From Opitutales bacterium (GTDB lineage: Bacteria; Verrucomicrobiota; Verrucomicrobiia; Opitutales; UBA953): a stretch of DNA of 30,384 bases. A model generated the notes under the pieces. The model was given only the letters and a program-made list of their open reading frames with translations, ran no database searches and was not told where the DNA came from. Shown piece by piece: positions 1-7,248 of this stretch (positions within the stretch are counted from its first letter, which is position 1; every line of letters starts with the position of its first letter). A program made the translations under genes and the position numbers. The stretch lies in contig JBBAUX010000006.1 of the NCBI GenBank assembly GCA_040398005.1, positions 53,370 through 83,753 of the forward strand, written 5' to 3'.

Positions 1-1663
1 CCGACCAATCGCCGTCTTTCGACATTCGAACTTTGCCGCCTGAGCTGCTCTTATACGCTTTGCCTTTTTCAGCCGTACCTTGACCGACTTCAATTTTCTC
101 AACCATGGACTCAGGATTTTCTGAGTAACGTCGAGCATGACTATCACCACCCCACTCCGCATGGAAGAAACTTTTAACTTTCTTATCTTCATTCGCAGAC
201 TTCGCCGAAGCTGCATACTCTTGGTAGCGTCCCGAATACCAACCCGCCCAAATACTTGGTGAATAAACATCTACAATATCCTTACAGAAATCACAGCGAC
301 GAATGGTGGTCACACGCGATGGATCAAGTTTGTGTGAGTTGTCATTCAACTCTTTCATGAAAGCGATAATAGCCTTCTTGTCCTGTTTCTCAAAATCTCC
401 AGGCCAATCATTCTCATTACCTAATCCCCACATAATAATCGCAGGGTGGTTGTAATGCTGATCAATCATCGCCTTCTGCATATCTAAACATTGTTGCTTG
501 TAGCGTTCACCGCCCAGACCGCCGCGGCACCAAGGAATTTCTTCCCACGCGAGTAATCCTAACTCATCACAAAGTTCTAATACCAAGGGAGCCTGTTGAT
601 AGTGACCCAAGCGAATGAAGTTCGCACCCATATCCTTAATCATCTGCATGGTCTTGCGTACTTCTTCATCAGGTACCGCCGCCGCCACACCCGCATGGTC
701 TTCGTGGTAATGCGTACCTTTTAATAATAAACGCTCTCCATTTAATTTAAACGGACCATTCTTCACCCACTCAGTCGTGCGAAAACCTAGCCGCGAAGTT
801 ACCACTTGCTCTCCGGCAACAGATTTAATAGTTACTTTGCACTGATAAAGATAAGGTGAACGGGGTGACCACAATTGTACTCCGCTAACAGCAAAATTCT
901 GAATCTCTTGTTCGCCCGACCACGGAGCTAACTTCTTCGTCGCAGTCTGAATCACTTTTCCATCTTTATCCGAAATCTCTACCGCTACTTCTACTTCATC
1001 TTTCAACGAAGTCGGATTTCCCAAACGAGCACGAACTTTGACCGTGCCACTAGCACCCGTTAATGTAGGCTCAACATGCACTCGCTCCAATGAAATCGCT
1101 GGAACATATTTTAAATATACATGGCGATAGAGTCCGCCGTAACGATTAAAGTCGCTGAGATCCGAAGGAATCATTTCCGCATCGCGCGAATTATCGCAAA
1201 GGACAGCCACTGGGACTTCGCCATTCGCACCCTTGCGGGTTAAAGATTTCGCCGCAGCATCCGTGATGTCGACCTCCCACTGATCATAACCACCTAAGTG
1301 CTCTCCTACTTTTTGGGTGTAGACGAAGACCTGAGATTTTTGACCCGCTCCATCAAAATGTAAAATCGTGCGACCGTTCGGATACGGATTATTGATTTTT
1401 AATTTAGTGCGATACCAACCTGGACCTTGATAATAACGAACGTCCGGATCGACGGAGTCGCGTCCATTAAAACAATGAGGCAAGGATACAGCATTCCAGG
1501 TGACGTTGTCAGAGGCCGCCTCGCCACGCCAAACTTCCCAGGCGCTGCCGAGCGATCCCTGATAATACTCCCAACCCGTCGAGAGACGTTGGGAATTTGT
1601 TTCAACCGCTTGGGCCGTACCAAGCAATGCAACCAACATCAGGGCATTCAGCATCGTGCGCAT
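1..1663 (-). CDS. Glycoside hydrolase family 2 (beta-galactosidase-like), secreted; 3' end runs off the window
   Basis: Not in the ORF track because it has no stop in the window. Hand translation gives MRTMLNALMLVALLGTAQA (signal peptide), then SLPHCFN...YYQGPGWYR, LHFDGAGQ, GEHLGGY, NGPFKLNGERLLLKGTHYHED, MGANFIRLGHY, ELCDELGLLAWEE, and NHPAIIMWGLGNE (GH2 acid/base motif). SD-like GAGGGAGGT lies just upstream of the ATG at 1663. Confidence 0.93.
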   Translation of the reverse strand, partial: MRTMLNALMLVALLGTAQAVETNSQRLSTGWEYYQGSLGSAWEVWRGEAASDNVTWNAVSLPHCFNGRDSVDPDVRYYQGPGWYRTKLKINNPYPNGRTILHFDGAGQKSQVFVYTQKVGEHLGGYDQWEVDITDAAAKSLTRKGANGEVPVAVLCDNSRDAEMIPSDLSDFNRYGGLYRHVYLKYVPAISLERVHVEPTLTGASGTVKVRARLGNPTSLKDEVEVAVEISDKDGKVIQTATKKLAPWSGEQEIQNFAVSGVQLWSPRSPYLYQCKVTIKSVAGEQVVTSRLGFRTTEWVKNGPFKLNGERLLLKGTHYHEDHAGVAAAVPDEEVRKTMQMIKDMGANFIRLGHYQQAPLVLELCDELGLLAWEEIPWCRGGLGGERYKQQCLDMQKAMIDQHYNHPAIIMWGLGNENDWPGDFEKQDKKAIIAFMKELNDNSHKLDPSRVTTIRRCDFCKDIVDVYSPSIWAGWYSGRYQEYAASAKSANEDKKVKSFFHAEWGGDSHARRYSENPESMVEKIEVGQGTAEKGKAYKSSSGGKVRMSKDGDWS

Positions 1664-1712
1664 AGACCTCCCTCATTGACTGATTTTGAGAAAATGTAAA
1701 TACCTGCCTCGG

Positions 1713-1819
1713 GTAGGGGCGGCTGACCCTAGCCGCCCTAGCAAATACTCGGTGGGGGCGACCCTGCGTGCCGTCCAGATGTATGGGTTGGGTAGGGGCG
1801 CGACTGCGTCGCGTCCTAG
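1713..1819 (+). repeat. Cluster of three GTAG/GTGG-headed REP-like hairpins at ~40-nt spacing
   Basis: GTAG-GGGCGGCTG-ACCC-TAGCCGCCC (1713-1738); GTGG-GGGCGACCC-TGC-GTGCCGTCC (1752-1776, imperfect); GTAG-GGGCGCGAC-TGC-GTCGCGTCC (1792-1816). Confidence 0.7.
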
Positions 1820-1882
1820 CTTCGCCCTTGTCACCTACCCCCTAGTACACAGGGCACGATCAGATTTTTGAGTTTCTGTCAA

Positions 1883-1904
1883 GGGGTGCAACCCCACTTT
1901 TTTT
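1883..1904 (+). terminator. Possible short intrinsic terminator
   Basis: GGGGT-GCA-ACCCC followed by ACTTTTTTT. The stem is only 5 bp. Confidence 0.35.
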
Positions 1905-1948
1905 ATTAGAATACTAAAATAAGTAAAATTTTTCAGGGGGCCGAACCC

Positions 1949-1977
1949 TTGTCATAAACTCAGTGATATGATATAAT
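1949..1977 (+). promoter_or_regulatory. Sigma70-type promoter with extended -10
   Basis: TTGTCA (1949-1954), 17 nt, TATAAT (1972-1977), with TG at 1969-1970. Confidence 0.75.
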
Positions 1978-1991
1978 TTATGGCTCCACCC

Positions 1992-2489
1992 ATGACTATC
2001 CCCTACGACTACCTATGGAAACAAGTAAACGAAGTTCTCAAATCCCGCACACACATTGATTGGGCCTTAGTTCAATCAATGCGAGATGACGTTCGATATG
2101 TTCTTACCTTAGGACCTTGTGTTGGAGAAAATATGCGTCTGCTTGTTACCGGACCTGACAATACAAAACCAGGTTACACTGAAATCTCTCTTGGAGTTGG
2201 GCCCGAATATTTCAAACTCACTCAGGAATATTTCGCAGCTCACCCCGGCATTGAATCAGACCCCGCTTTCACCAAACACTCGGGCGGACTTTTAATATCC
2301 CCAACCGATCCGCATGCGACTGGACCCGATAACTGGAAAAACGGTGGCTACATCTACTTTGCAGCTCATTACAGAGAACCCAATTCAGACAGACTCTTTA
2401 ACATAATGGCAATATGGCTAATCGATAACCTCGAGTGCATTCTACTTCTCCGAGAAAAAATAGCCGACTGGCACGATACTCGAAATTAA
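1992..2489 (+). CDS. Hypothetical protein, DUF4268-like; distant paralog of 15215..15751
   Basis: The ORF track gives 1980..2489, but the ATG at 1980 is only 2 nt after the -10 box, so 1992 is the preferred start. Motifs shared with the paralog: YLWKQVNEVLKSR, ISLGVGPEY, WLIDNLECILLL. Confidence 0.75.
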   Translation: MTIPYDYLWKQVNEVLKSRTHIDWALVQSMRDDVRYVLTLGPCVGENMRLLVTGPDNTKPGYTEISLGVGPEYFKLTQEYFAAHPGIESDPAFTKHSGGLLISPTDPHATGPDNWKNGGYIYFAAHYREPNSDRLFNIMAIWLIDNLECILLLREKIADWHDTRN

Positions 2490-2492
2490 AAA

Positions 2493-2520
2493 GTTGAGGC
2501 GCCACTGCGTCGCTTCCTGG
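2493..2520 (+). repeat. Degenerate fourth copy of the REP-like hairpin
   Basis: GTTGAGGCGCCACTGCGTCGCTTCCTGG matches 1792-1819 at 23/28 positions and starts 3 nt after the stop codon at 2489. Confidence 0.55.
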
Positions 2521-2569
2521 ATGTCAGCGTGCTGCGTTAATTTTCTTCAAAAGTTCCTTAGCCCTCCTC

Positions 2570-2602
2570 CTTGCCAACGTGCCAACTTGCCCACGTGTCC
2601 CC
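2570..2602. repeat. 8-mer tandem repeat (4 units)
   Basis: CTTGCCAA CGTGCCAA CTTGCCCA CGTGTCCC C. Confidence 0.6.
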
Positions 2603-2611
2603 TAAATTTAT

Positions 2612-3472
2612 TTATTTCTTTAAGAGCGGAATAATACTATCGGCGACGGCTTTGCCCATGTAGTCATACCCCTCTTCCTTAAAGTGGACGTCTTTGACGT
2701 TCTGATACTCCGCTACTTTGGGGGTAATGACCGAGAAGAGGTCGTCCACGGGGACGTTATTCTTTTTCATAATCTCAATGGCGGCCTGATTACGCTCAAC
2801 CACAGCCGTTGCGGGATTAATCTTCTTGGTCGGATCGTCTTGAATGGGAGTAGTGGTAGCAAAGACGACTTTCGCGCCCGTTGCCTTAAGTCGACCGACA
2901 ATAACTTCCAGATTCTTCAAATAGGTCTCCGCTGAGATAGATTTCTGCACGTCGTGAATTCCAAAATTAAAGTGAATGACATCCCACTTACCCTGCCCCA
3001 TCCAATTATCTAACTTCTCAACCCCATTAACCGATGAACCACAATTAGTAGGCGCACGGTGCACATTGGCTTTGCCAGCTAGGTATTTGCGGGTAGATAA
3101 AGTGTATCCGCGGGAAACAGAATCACCGATGAGCAAGACCCGTGGTAGTGCTGGATCATCTTTAACATAATCCCAGGCCGTTGATTTACCCGCGAGCTTA
3201 TCTTTCTTATGATGCGGAAGATAAAAGGATCCGAGGTTAGCTTGAAGTTCTTTTTCCCAGGCTTGTTCATCGGGTGTGAGTGTTGCGACTAATGCCTGAT
3301 ATTTCTCATCGAGGACTGCGGCCTGTTTGGCTTTCTTCGCGAGCTCTTCAGGTGTCGGAACTTTCTTAGTCTCCGTGGGGACGTCTAAAGCAGCTGTGGT
3401 AACGGGAGCTACTGGCTGAGTCTGAGCGTAGACGACAGTCGCACCAAAGAGGAATGTAAGAAAATAAAGCAT
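2612..3472 (-). CDS. SGNH/GDSL hydrolase (probable secreted carbohydrate esterase)
   Basis: LPRVLLIGDSVS (block I Ser), WDVIHFNFGIHD, and DVHF (DxH catalytic block). A signal peptide MLYFLTFLFGATVVYA starts at the ATG at 3472. Confidence 0.9.
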   Translation of the reverse strand: MLYFLTFLFGATVVYAQTQPVAPVTTAALDVPTETKKVPTPEELAKKAKQAAVLDEKYQALVATLTPDEQAWEKELQANLGSFYLPHHKKDKLAGKSTAWDYVKDDPALPRVLLIGDSVSRGYTLSTRKYLAGKANVHRAPTNCGSSVNGVEKLDNWMGQGKWDVIHFNFGIHDVQKSISAETYLKNLEVIVGRLKATGAKVVFATTTPIQDDPTKKINPATAVVERNQAAIEIMKKNNVPVDDLFSVITPKVAEYQNVKDVHFKEEGYDYMGKAVADSIIPLLKK

Positions 3473-3558
3473 AGATTGTGGGGTATTTCCAATTTCAACC
3501 AACAACCAACCATGACAACCGCAAATAATCTAAGTAAACCTCCCTAGGGCATTTTCTG

Positions 3559-3598
3559 AAGGGGTCAGACACCATTAGCGTAGTCTGACCCCTTTTTT
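3559..3598 (+). terminator. Strong hairpin with U-tail (terminator or palindromic repeat)
   Basis: AAGGGGTCAGAC, 12-nt loop, GTCTGACCCCTT, then TTTT. The 12-bp stem is perfect. Confidence 0.65.
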
Positions 3599-3615
3599 CG
3601 GTCTGGGTGGGTCAC

Positions 3616-3645
3616 TTGACAACCCCACCACCCATTTGGGATAAG
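3616..3645 (+). promoter_or_regulatory. Candidate promoter for the 39-aa ORF
   Basis: TTGACA (3616-3621), 18 nt, TG-n-GATAAG (3640-3645). The ATG follows 8 nt later. The -10 match is weak. Confidence 0.4.
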
Positions 3646-3653
3646 GCAGAGTT

Positions 3654-3773
3654 ATGAAACATATTATCATGCTTCCGATCTATATTGTAATGGCAGTCTG
3701 CATCGCAATTTTCGAGACCATCATCGATACGGCTTGGGCGATTCGCTGCTTCCTTCTCCGCAGAGATGATTAA
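3654..3773 (+). CDS. Small hydrophobic single-helix peptide (39 aa)
   Basis: MKHIIMLPIYIVMAVCIAIFETIIDTAWAIRCFLLRRDD*. It is below the ORF-track cutoff, fills an otherwise empty intergenic gap and follows a perfect -35 box. Confidence 0.5.
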   Translation: MKHIIMLPIYIVMAVCIAIFETIIDTAWAIRCFLLRRDD

Positions 3774-3780
3774 AAGTTCA

Positions 3781-3846
3781 GGGGACAAGGGGTTGAGTCA
3801 GTAGTAACTTTCCCCATTACTCGTGTCCCCGTGTCACCGTGTCCCC
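3781..3846. repeat. 8-mer tandem repeat (3 units) plus an inverted unit
   Basis: CGTGTCCC CGTGTCAC CGTGTCCC C at 3822-3846; inverted GGGGACAAG at 3781-3789. Confidence 0.6.
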
Positions 3847-3855
3847 TCAATTTTA

Positions 3856-4602
3856 TCAGAAATCGAAATTAAAGTGTTCGGTGACGAGGCCAATGATGAG
3901 GCGGCATTCCTCGAGGTCCCATTTACAGTGCACGGACAAGATCAATTCCCCATCGCCACTCGTGACCTGAATAACCTGATCAAGCACCACTTTTTGATCT
4001 TTGTATAATATAGTTTTAACGTAGCCAGGTTTGGCGCGATAACGTTTCAAGGCTATGCGATACGAAAATGAATGGGGAAGACTTTGCATCAACCGCATAC
4101 GCACTCCCTTCGTATCTGCAATCGCCGTCGAGAGCTGCTCAAAATCCTGGAAGCAACATTCGCGGGCAGACTCAATCGCTGACTCGGTCACCAGACAGTT
4201 TTGTTCTAATTGTTTTTGCTGCAGTCTTTCAAAAAACTTTGAGACGCTTTCACAGAAGTCCATGATGTCTTGTTTAGACTCCGTCCCCTTATGCTCTACC
4301 ACGGCCGTACCGAGCCGATTAACCAAGTACTGCACCAACTCTTTATCGCCTGTGCGATAATCAATCATCACCATCTCCACATTCTCAATATTACACTGGT
4401 TAATCACAATCATGCCAGCTTGGTTAAATCCATGAATTTGGAATTGGCTAGGAAGTCGGCCGGTGATGAACGACCCCGCAAAGCGCGGATCGCCGCCCAC
4501 AAATGATTCAAACAGCGAACGAATGAACAGGGGCGTGAGCTTCGTAATATAAATACTATTATCGAGCGTGAGTTCTTTTGATTTAGGTGAGTAGTAGAAC
4601 AT
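3856..4602 (-). CDS. Hypothetical protein; C-terminal half resembles an uncharacterised RelE-like domain family
   Basis: 248-aa ORF with TESAIESARECCFQD...YKDQKVVL...LSVHCKWDLEECRLIIGLVTEH. This resembles, by recall only, the SA..SA..s.f.d ... RIHF.WD......IG..G.HL pattern. Confidence 0.7.
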   Translation of the reverse strand: MFYYSPKSKELTLDNSIYITKLTPLFIRSLFESFVGGDPRFAGSFITGRLPSQFQIHGFNQAGMIVINQCNIENVEMVMIDYRTGDKELVQYLVNRLGTAVVEHKGTESKQDIMDFCESVSKFFERLQQKQLEQNCLVTESAIESARECCFQDFEQLSTAIADTKGVRMRLMQSLPHSFSYRIALKRYRAKPGYVKTILYKDQKVVLDQVIQVTSGDGELILSVHCKWDLEECRLIIGLVTEHFNFDF

Positions 4603-4862
4603 GAGATTCCGTCCAAAACCCTGGATGTGATTTCAAAAAGCCCCCACTCACTCGACTACGGAGCGAATTGATCTTAATGAATAGCTGCAAACTTACTTGA
4701 AAGTTTCAAAGCGAAAACACAGCAGAAGTTATGTCGTGACGGGTAATTAGTAAGCGATGTCGAGGGACTGGTTGACGTGGCGCTTGGTACTAATCACGTC
4801 CATGACACTAGAAATCCGTGCCAAACTAACAAGAGAAATTTCTTTAAAATGATTGTAAAAAA

Positions 4863-6575
4863 CTAGTCCCTTTTGAGAGCTTCTTCGACCCTATTGCTCA
4901 CGACCATGTACAAGGCATAACGGGCACGGGACATCCCTACGTAGGCCTTCCGTCGATCCCGCACGGAGTCTAATTTATCAAAATCAGTCAGGACCACCGC
5001 ATGGGATTCCATGCCTTTAAATTTATAAACCGTAGAGCACCGAATAGTGCCACTCTCATAGGGCTTCATGGGGTCGTAAGGTATCAACTTAAGCCCTGCG
5101 ACCATATCCTTATCTTTATACGACTCACGCCCGGCCCCATGCATACTGATAATGACGACGTCTTTGGGATCGAAATCCTTCAGTACTACTTTCTGTATCA
5201 ACGCATCGAGCATCGCGAACTCTTTCCCTTCCTTTAAAGGTGCAGTGGCGATGGCCGGACCAAAAATACGGGATGATTGCTTAACGGTCTGCCCCATCAC
5301 CTTGGCGACCTTCTGGGCAATCTGTTCGGTGTTACGCCAGTTGTTATCTAATTTAGCGAACGGAGCTTCGTCTAATATTTCTAATAATTCTGTATGGTCA
5401 TGCAACGGCGGCTGAGTGGGCTCAGGATTTAGATACTGATCAGCGTCTTCAAACCATCTCCAACGTCCGCGTTTCAATCCACTTTTTAATAAAGTATCCA
5501 TCAACAACAGCATATCACCGTCGTCACGAAAATCCTGCCCTTCATCGACCACTAACAGATCATATTTATCGTCCTGAGAAATTTTCTTGGCAGCGACCAG
5601 AGCTTGGCGCACGCGCTGTGCATAATATTCGGGATTCGTTTCCCGTTGATCGCCGGGCGTCCCGATGAGTGTGTCACAGAATGAATAAAATGAGCCCGCC
5701 GTTACAGTGGTGAGCGTTTCGCGTTGGACGACGTCGTAAAGAAATCCTCCGAGGTAACGATTAAAACAAATCAGCCCGATTTTTGCGGTGGGCGTTTTTT
5801 CTAATTCACGTCGACACATCTCCATCGCAAGGAGCGTTTTACCCGAACCAGGACCGCCCGTAATGCGTAGGCGTTTATTCTCCGTGACCATATCCAGGGC
5901 GTGTAATTGCGATGCGGAAAGACGGATCAGTTCGATATCCATTTCATCAGCCGTAAGATTCGCCGTCAGACGGAAATCAGGACGCAACTTTTGGGCGACG
6001 GCAACCAGTTGCTCAGAGGTCAGAGGCTCAGGTAATTTCTTTTCAGGAAATCTTTTGAGGTAACGCTCAGCGGCATCGTCCAATAATCGTTCACAAATTT
6101 CGGAAAAGTCGGCTTGAGCTAATTCTTTGCGGTCGACGATACGGCGCAGGGCGACTTCGATGGTTTCGACATTAAAATCGACATCGGGAAAAACGATGGC
6201 TTGGTCGAAAACCATACTACCTTCGGGTGATTCTTTTCCGAAAACTTTAACCAGGTAATCGTGTATTTCGTAAGAGTTATCACGAGACTGATAGAATGGC
6301 GGGACCATTTTTTCGTAGCGCGATCCGCGCTCACGCATCCATTTGCCGCTTTCGCAGACGATTTGGCCGCCTTTGACTTCGAGCACTAGCCGACCTCGGG
6401 GATGCAGGACGACGAAATCAGCTTCGGAATCGAATACACCATTTTGACGTGGAATTTCTAAACACGGAATGACGATGTAGTCGTCGGAAAGTTCGAAACG
6501 CAAACGTTCCAAGATGTCGCTTTCCGATTTCTCGTACTGTGCGGTGTGCAATCGTTCCGGAATGCATCGTGCCAT
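4863..6575 (-). CDS. NERD nuclease domain fused to a superfamily-1 (UvrD-like) helicase
   Basis: NERD: EADFVVLHPRGRLVLEVKGG. Helicase: GGPGSGKT (Walker A), LVVDEGQD (Walker B), NNWRNTEQI, STVYKFKGMES, YVGMSRA. Confidence 0.92.
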   Translation of the reverse strand: MARCIPERLHTAQYEKSESDILERLRFELSDDYIVIPCLEIPRQNGVFDSEADFVVLHPRGRLVLEVKGGQIVCESGKWMRERGSRYEKMVPPFYQSRDNSYEIHDYLVKVFGKESPEGSMVFDQAIVFPDVDFNVETIEVALRRIVDRKELAQADFSEICERLLDDAAERYLKRFPEKKLPEPLTSEQLVAVAQKLRPDFRLTANLTADEMDIELIRLSASQLHALDMVTENKRLRITGGPGSGKTLLAMEMCRRELEKTPTAKIGLICFNRYLGGFLYDVVQRETLTTVTAGSFYSFCDTLIGTPGDQRETNPEYYAQRVRQALVAAKKISQDDKYDLLVVDEGQDFRDDGDMLLLMDTLLKSGLKRGRWRWFEDADQYLNPEPTQPPLHDHTELLEILDEAPFAKLDNNWRNTEQIAQKVAKVMGQTVKQSSRIFGPAIATAPLKEGKEFAMLDALIQKVVLKDFDPKDVVIISMHGAGRESYKDKDMVAGLKLIPYDPMKPYESGTIRCSTVYKFKGMESHAVVLTDFDKLDSVRDRRKAYVGMSRARYALYMVVSNRVEEALKRD

Positions 6576-6584
6576 ATCGCATCT

Positions 6585-6613
6585 CTTATGTCACTCGCCC
6601 TCCCCGCTGGCAA
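6585..6613 (-). promoter_or_regulatory. Candidate promoter for the NERD-helicase gene
   Basis: On the minus strand: TTGCCA, 17 nt, TG-n-CATAAG. The ATG at 6575 follows 9 nt later. Confidence 0.4.
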
Positions 6614-6755
6614 GCCCGACCACTTGCCGTTACAAGATTGTTGAAAATAGTGACTTACGGATGGGCGGTTTAGCGAAGCCAATGTTGTGAATATTATTAT
6701 ACAAAAATTTCTACAATAATTTGCATTTCGAATGTGGGTATGCATTATCGGTGTT

Positions 6756-7157
6756 ATGGCGATAAAAGTAGCACGTGGCGGAAAGGTCATTGGGGAGTTT
6801 GAGGCCAAAGAAATACCTTGGCGCATCGAGCAAGGGATCCTTCTAAATACCGATTACTATTGGACGGAGGGAATGAAGGACTGGATGCCCTTAAGTCAGC
6901 TCCTGCAGAAGCCGGACATCGTGGAGACCAAGTCTTCTGGGTATGGCCTACTCAATTTACTCACTTTTGGCCTATTTGCAGCTTGGTTGTCGCCGGGATC
7001 CACTGGCGGTGGGGATGGCGGAGATGAGGGCGGCTTTTGGAGTCCACGCCCAGGCCCCATGAATATTGAAGAAGAGGACGACGAGGAAACCAACGAGCGA
7101 TTGGAAGACATCGCCCAGGACGATCGGGACAGCGGCGACTACGACAGCGACGCGTAA
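6756..7157 (+). CDS. GYF_2 (DUF4339) domain membrane protein with acidic tail
   Basis: VARGGKVIGEF...DYYWTEGMKDWMPL is the GYF_2 signature. It is followed by hydrophobic GLLNLLTFGLFAAWL, a Gly-rich linker and a D/E-rich C-terminus. Start 6756 is preferred over 6732. Confidence 0.8.
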   Translation: MAIKVARGGKVIGEFEAKEIPWRIEQGILLNTDYYWTEGMKDWMPLSQLLQKPDIVETKSSGYGLLNLLTFGLFAAWLSPGSTGGGDGGDEGGFWSPRPGPMNIEEEDDEETNERLEDIAQDDRDSGDYDSDA

Positions 7158-7248
7158 GACTGAGTGTTATAAATTTAGTTAGAAATTATTCTTCGCCGAA
7201 CTTGCGTACCCATAGCACCTGGGCTATTAAATCGTCCCCTTATATTGA

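Noticed and set aside
1713..1819. Mini CRISPR array
   Set aside because: The units diverge from each other, the gaps are only ~11-15 nt and no cas genes are present. The RecB-family nucleases here are AddAB domains, not Cas4.
1399..1871. ORF-track entries 1399..1632, 1427..1699 and 1686..1871
   Set aside because: They are shadow frames of the GH2 gene or run through the repeat cluster, and have no recognisable motifs.
6458..6826. 122-aa minus-strand ORF
   Set aside because: It overlaps both the NERD-helicase and GYF_2 genes and crosses their promoter region; the composition is not protein-like.
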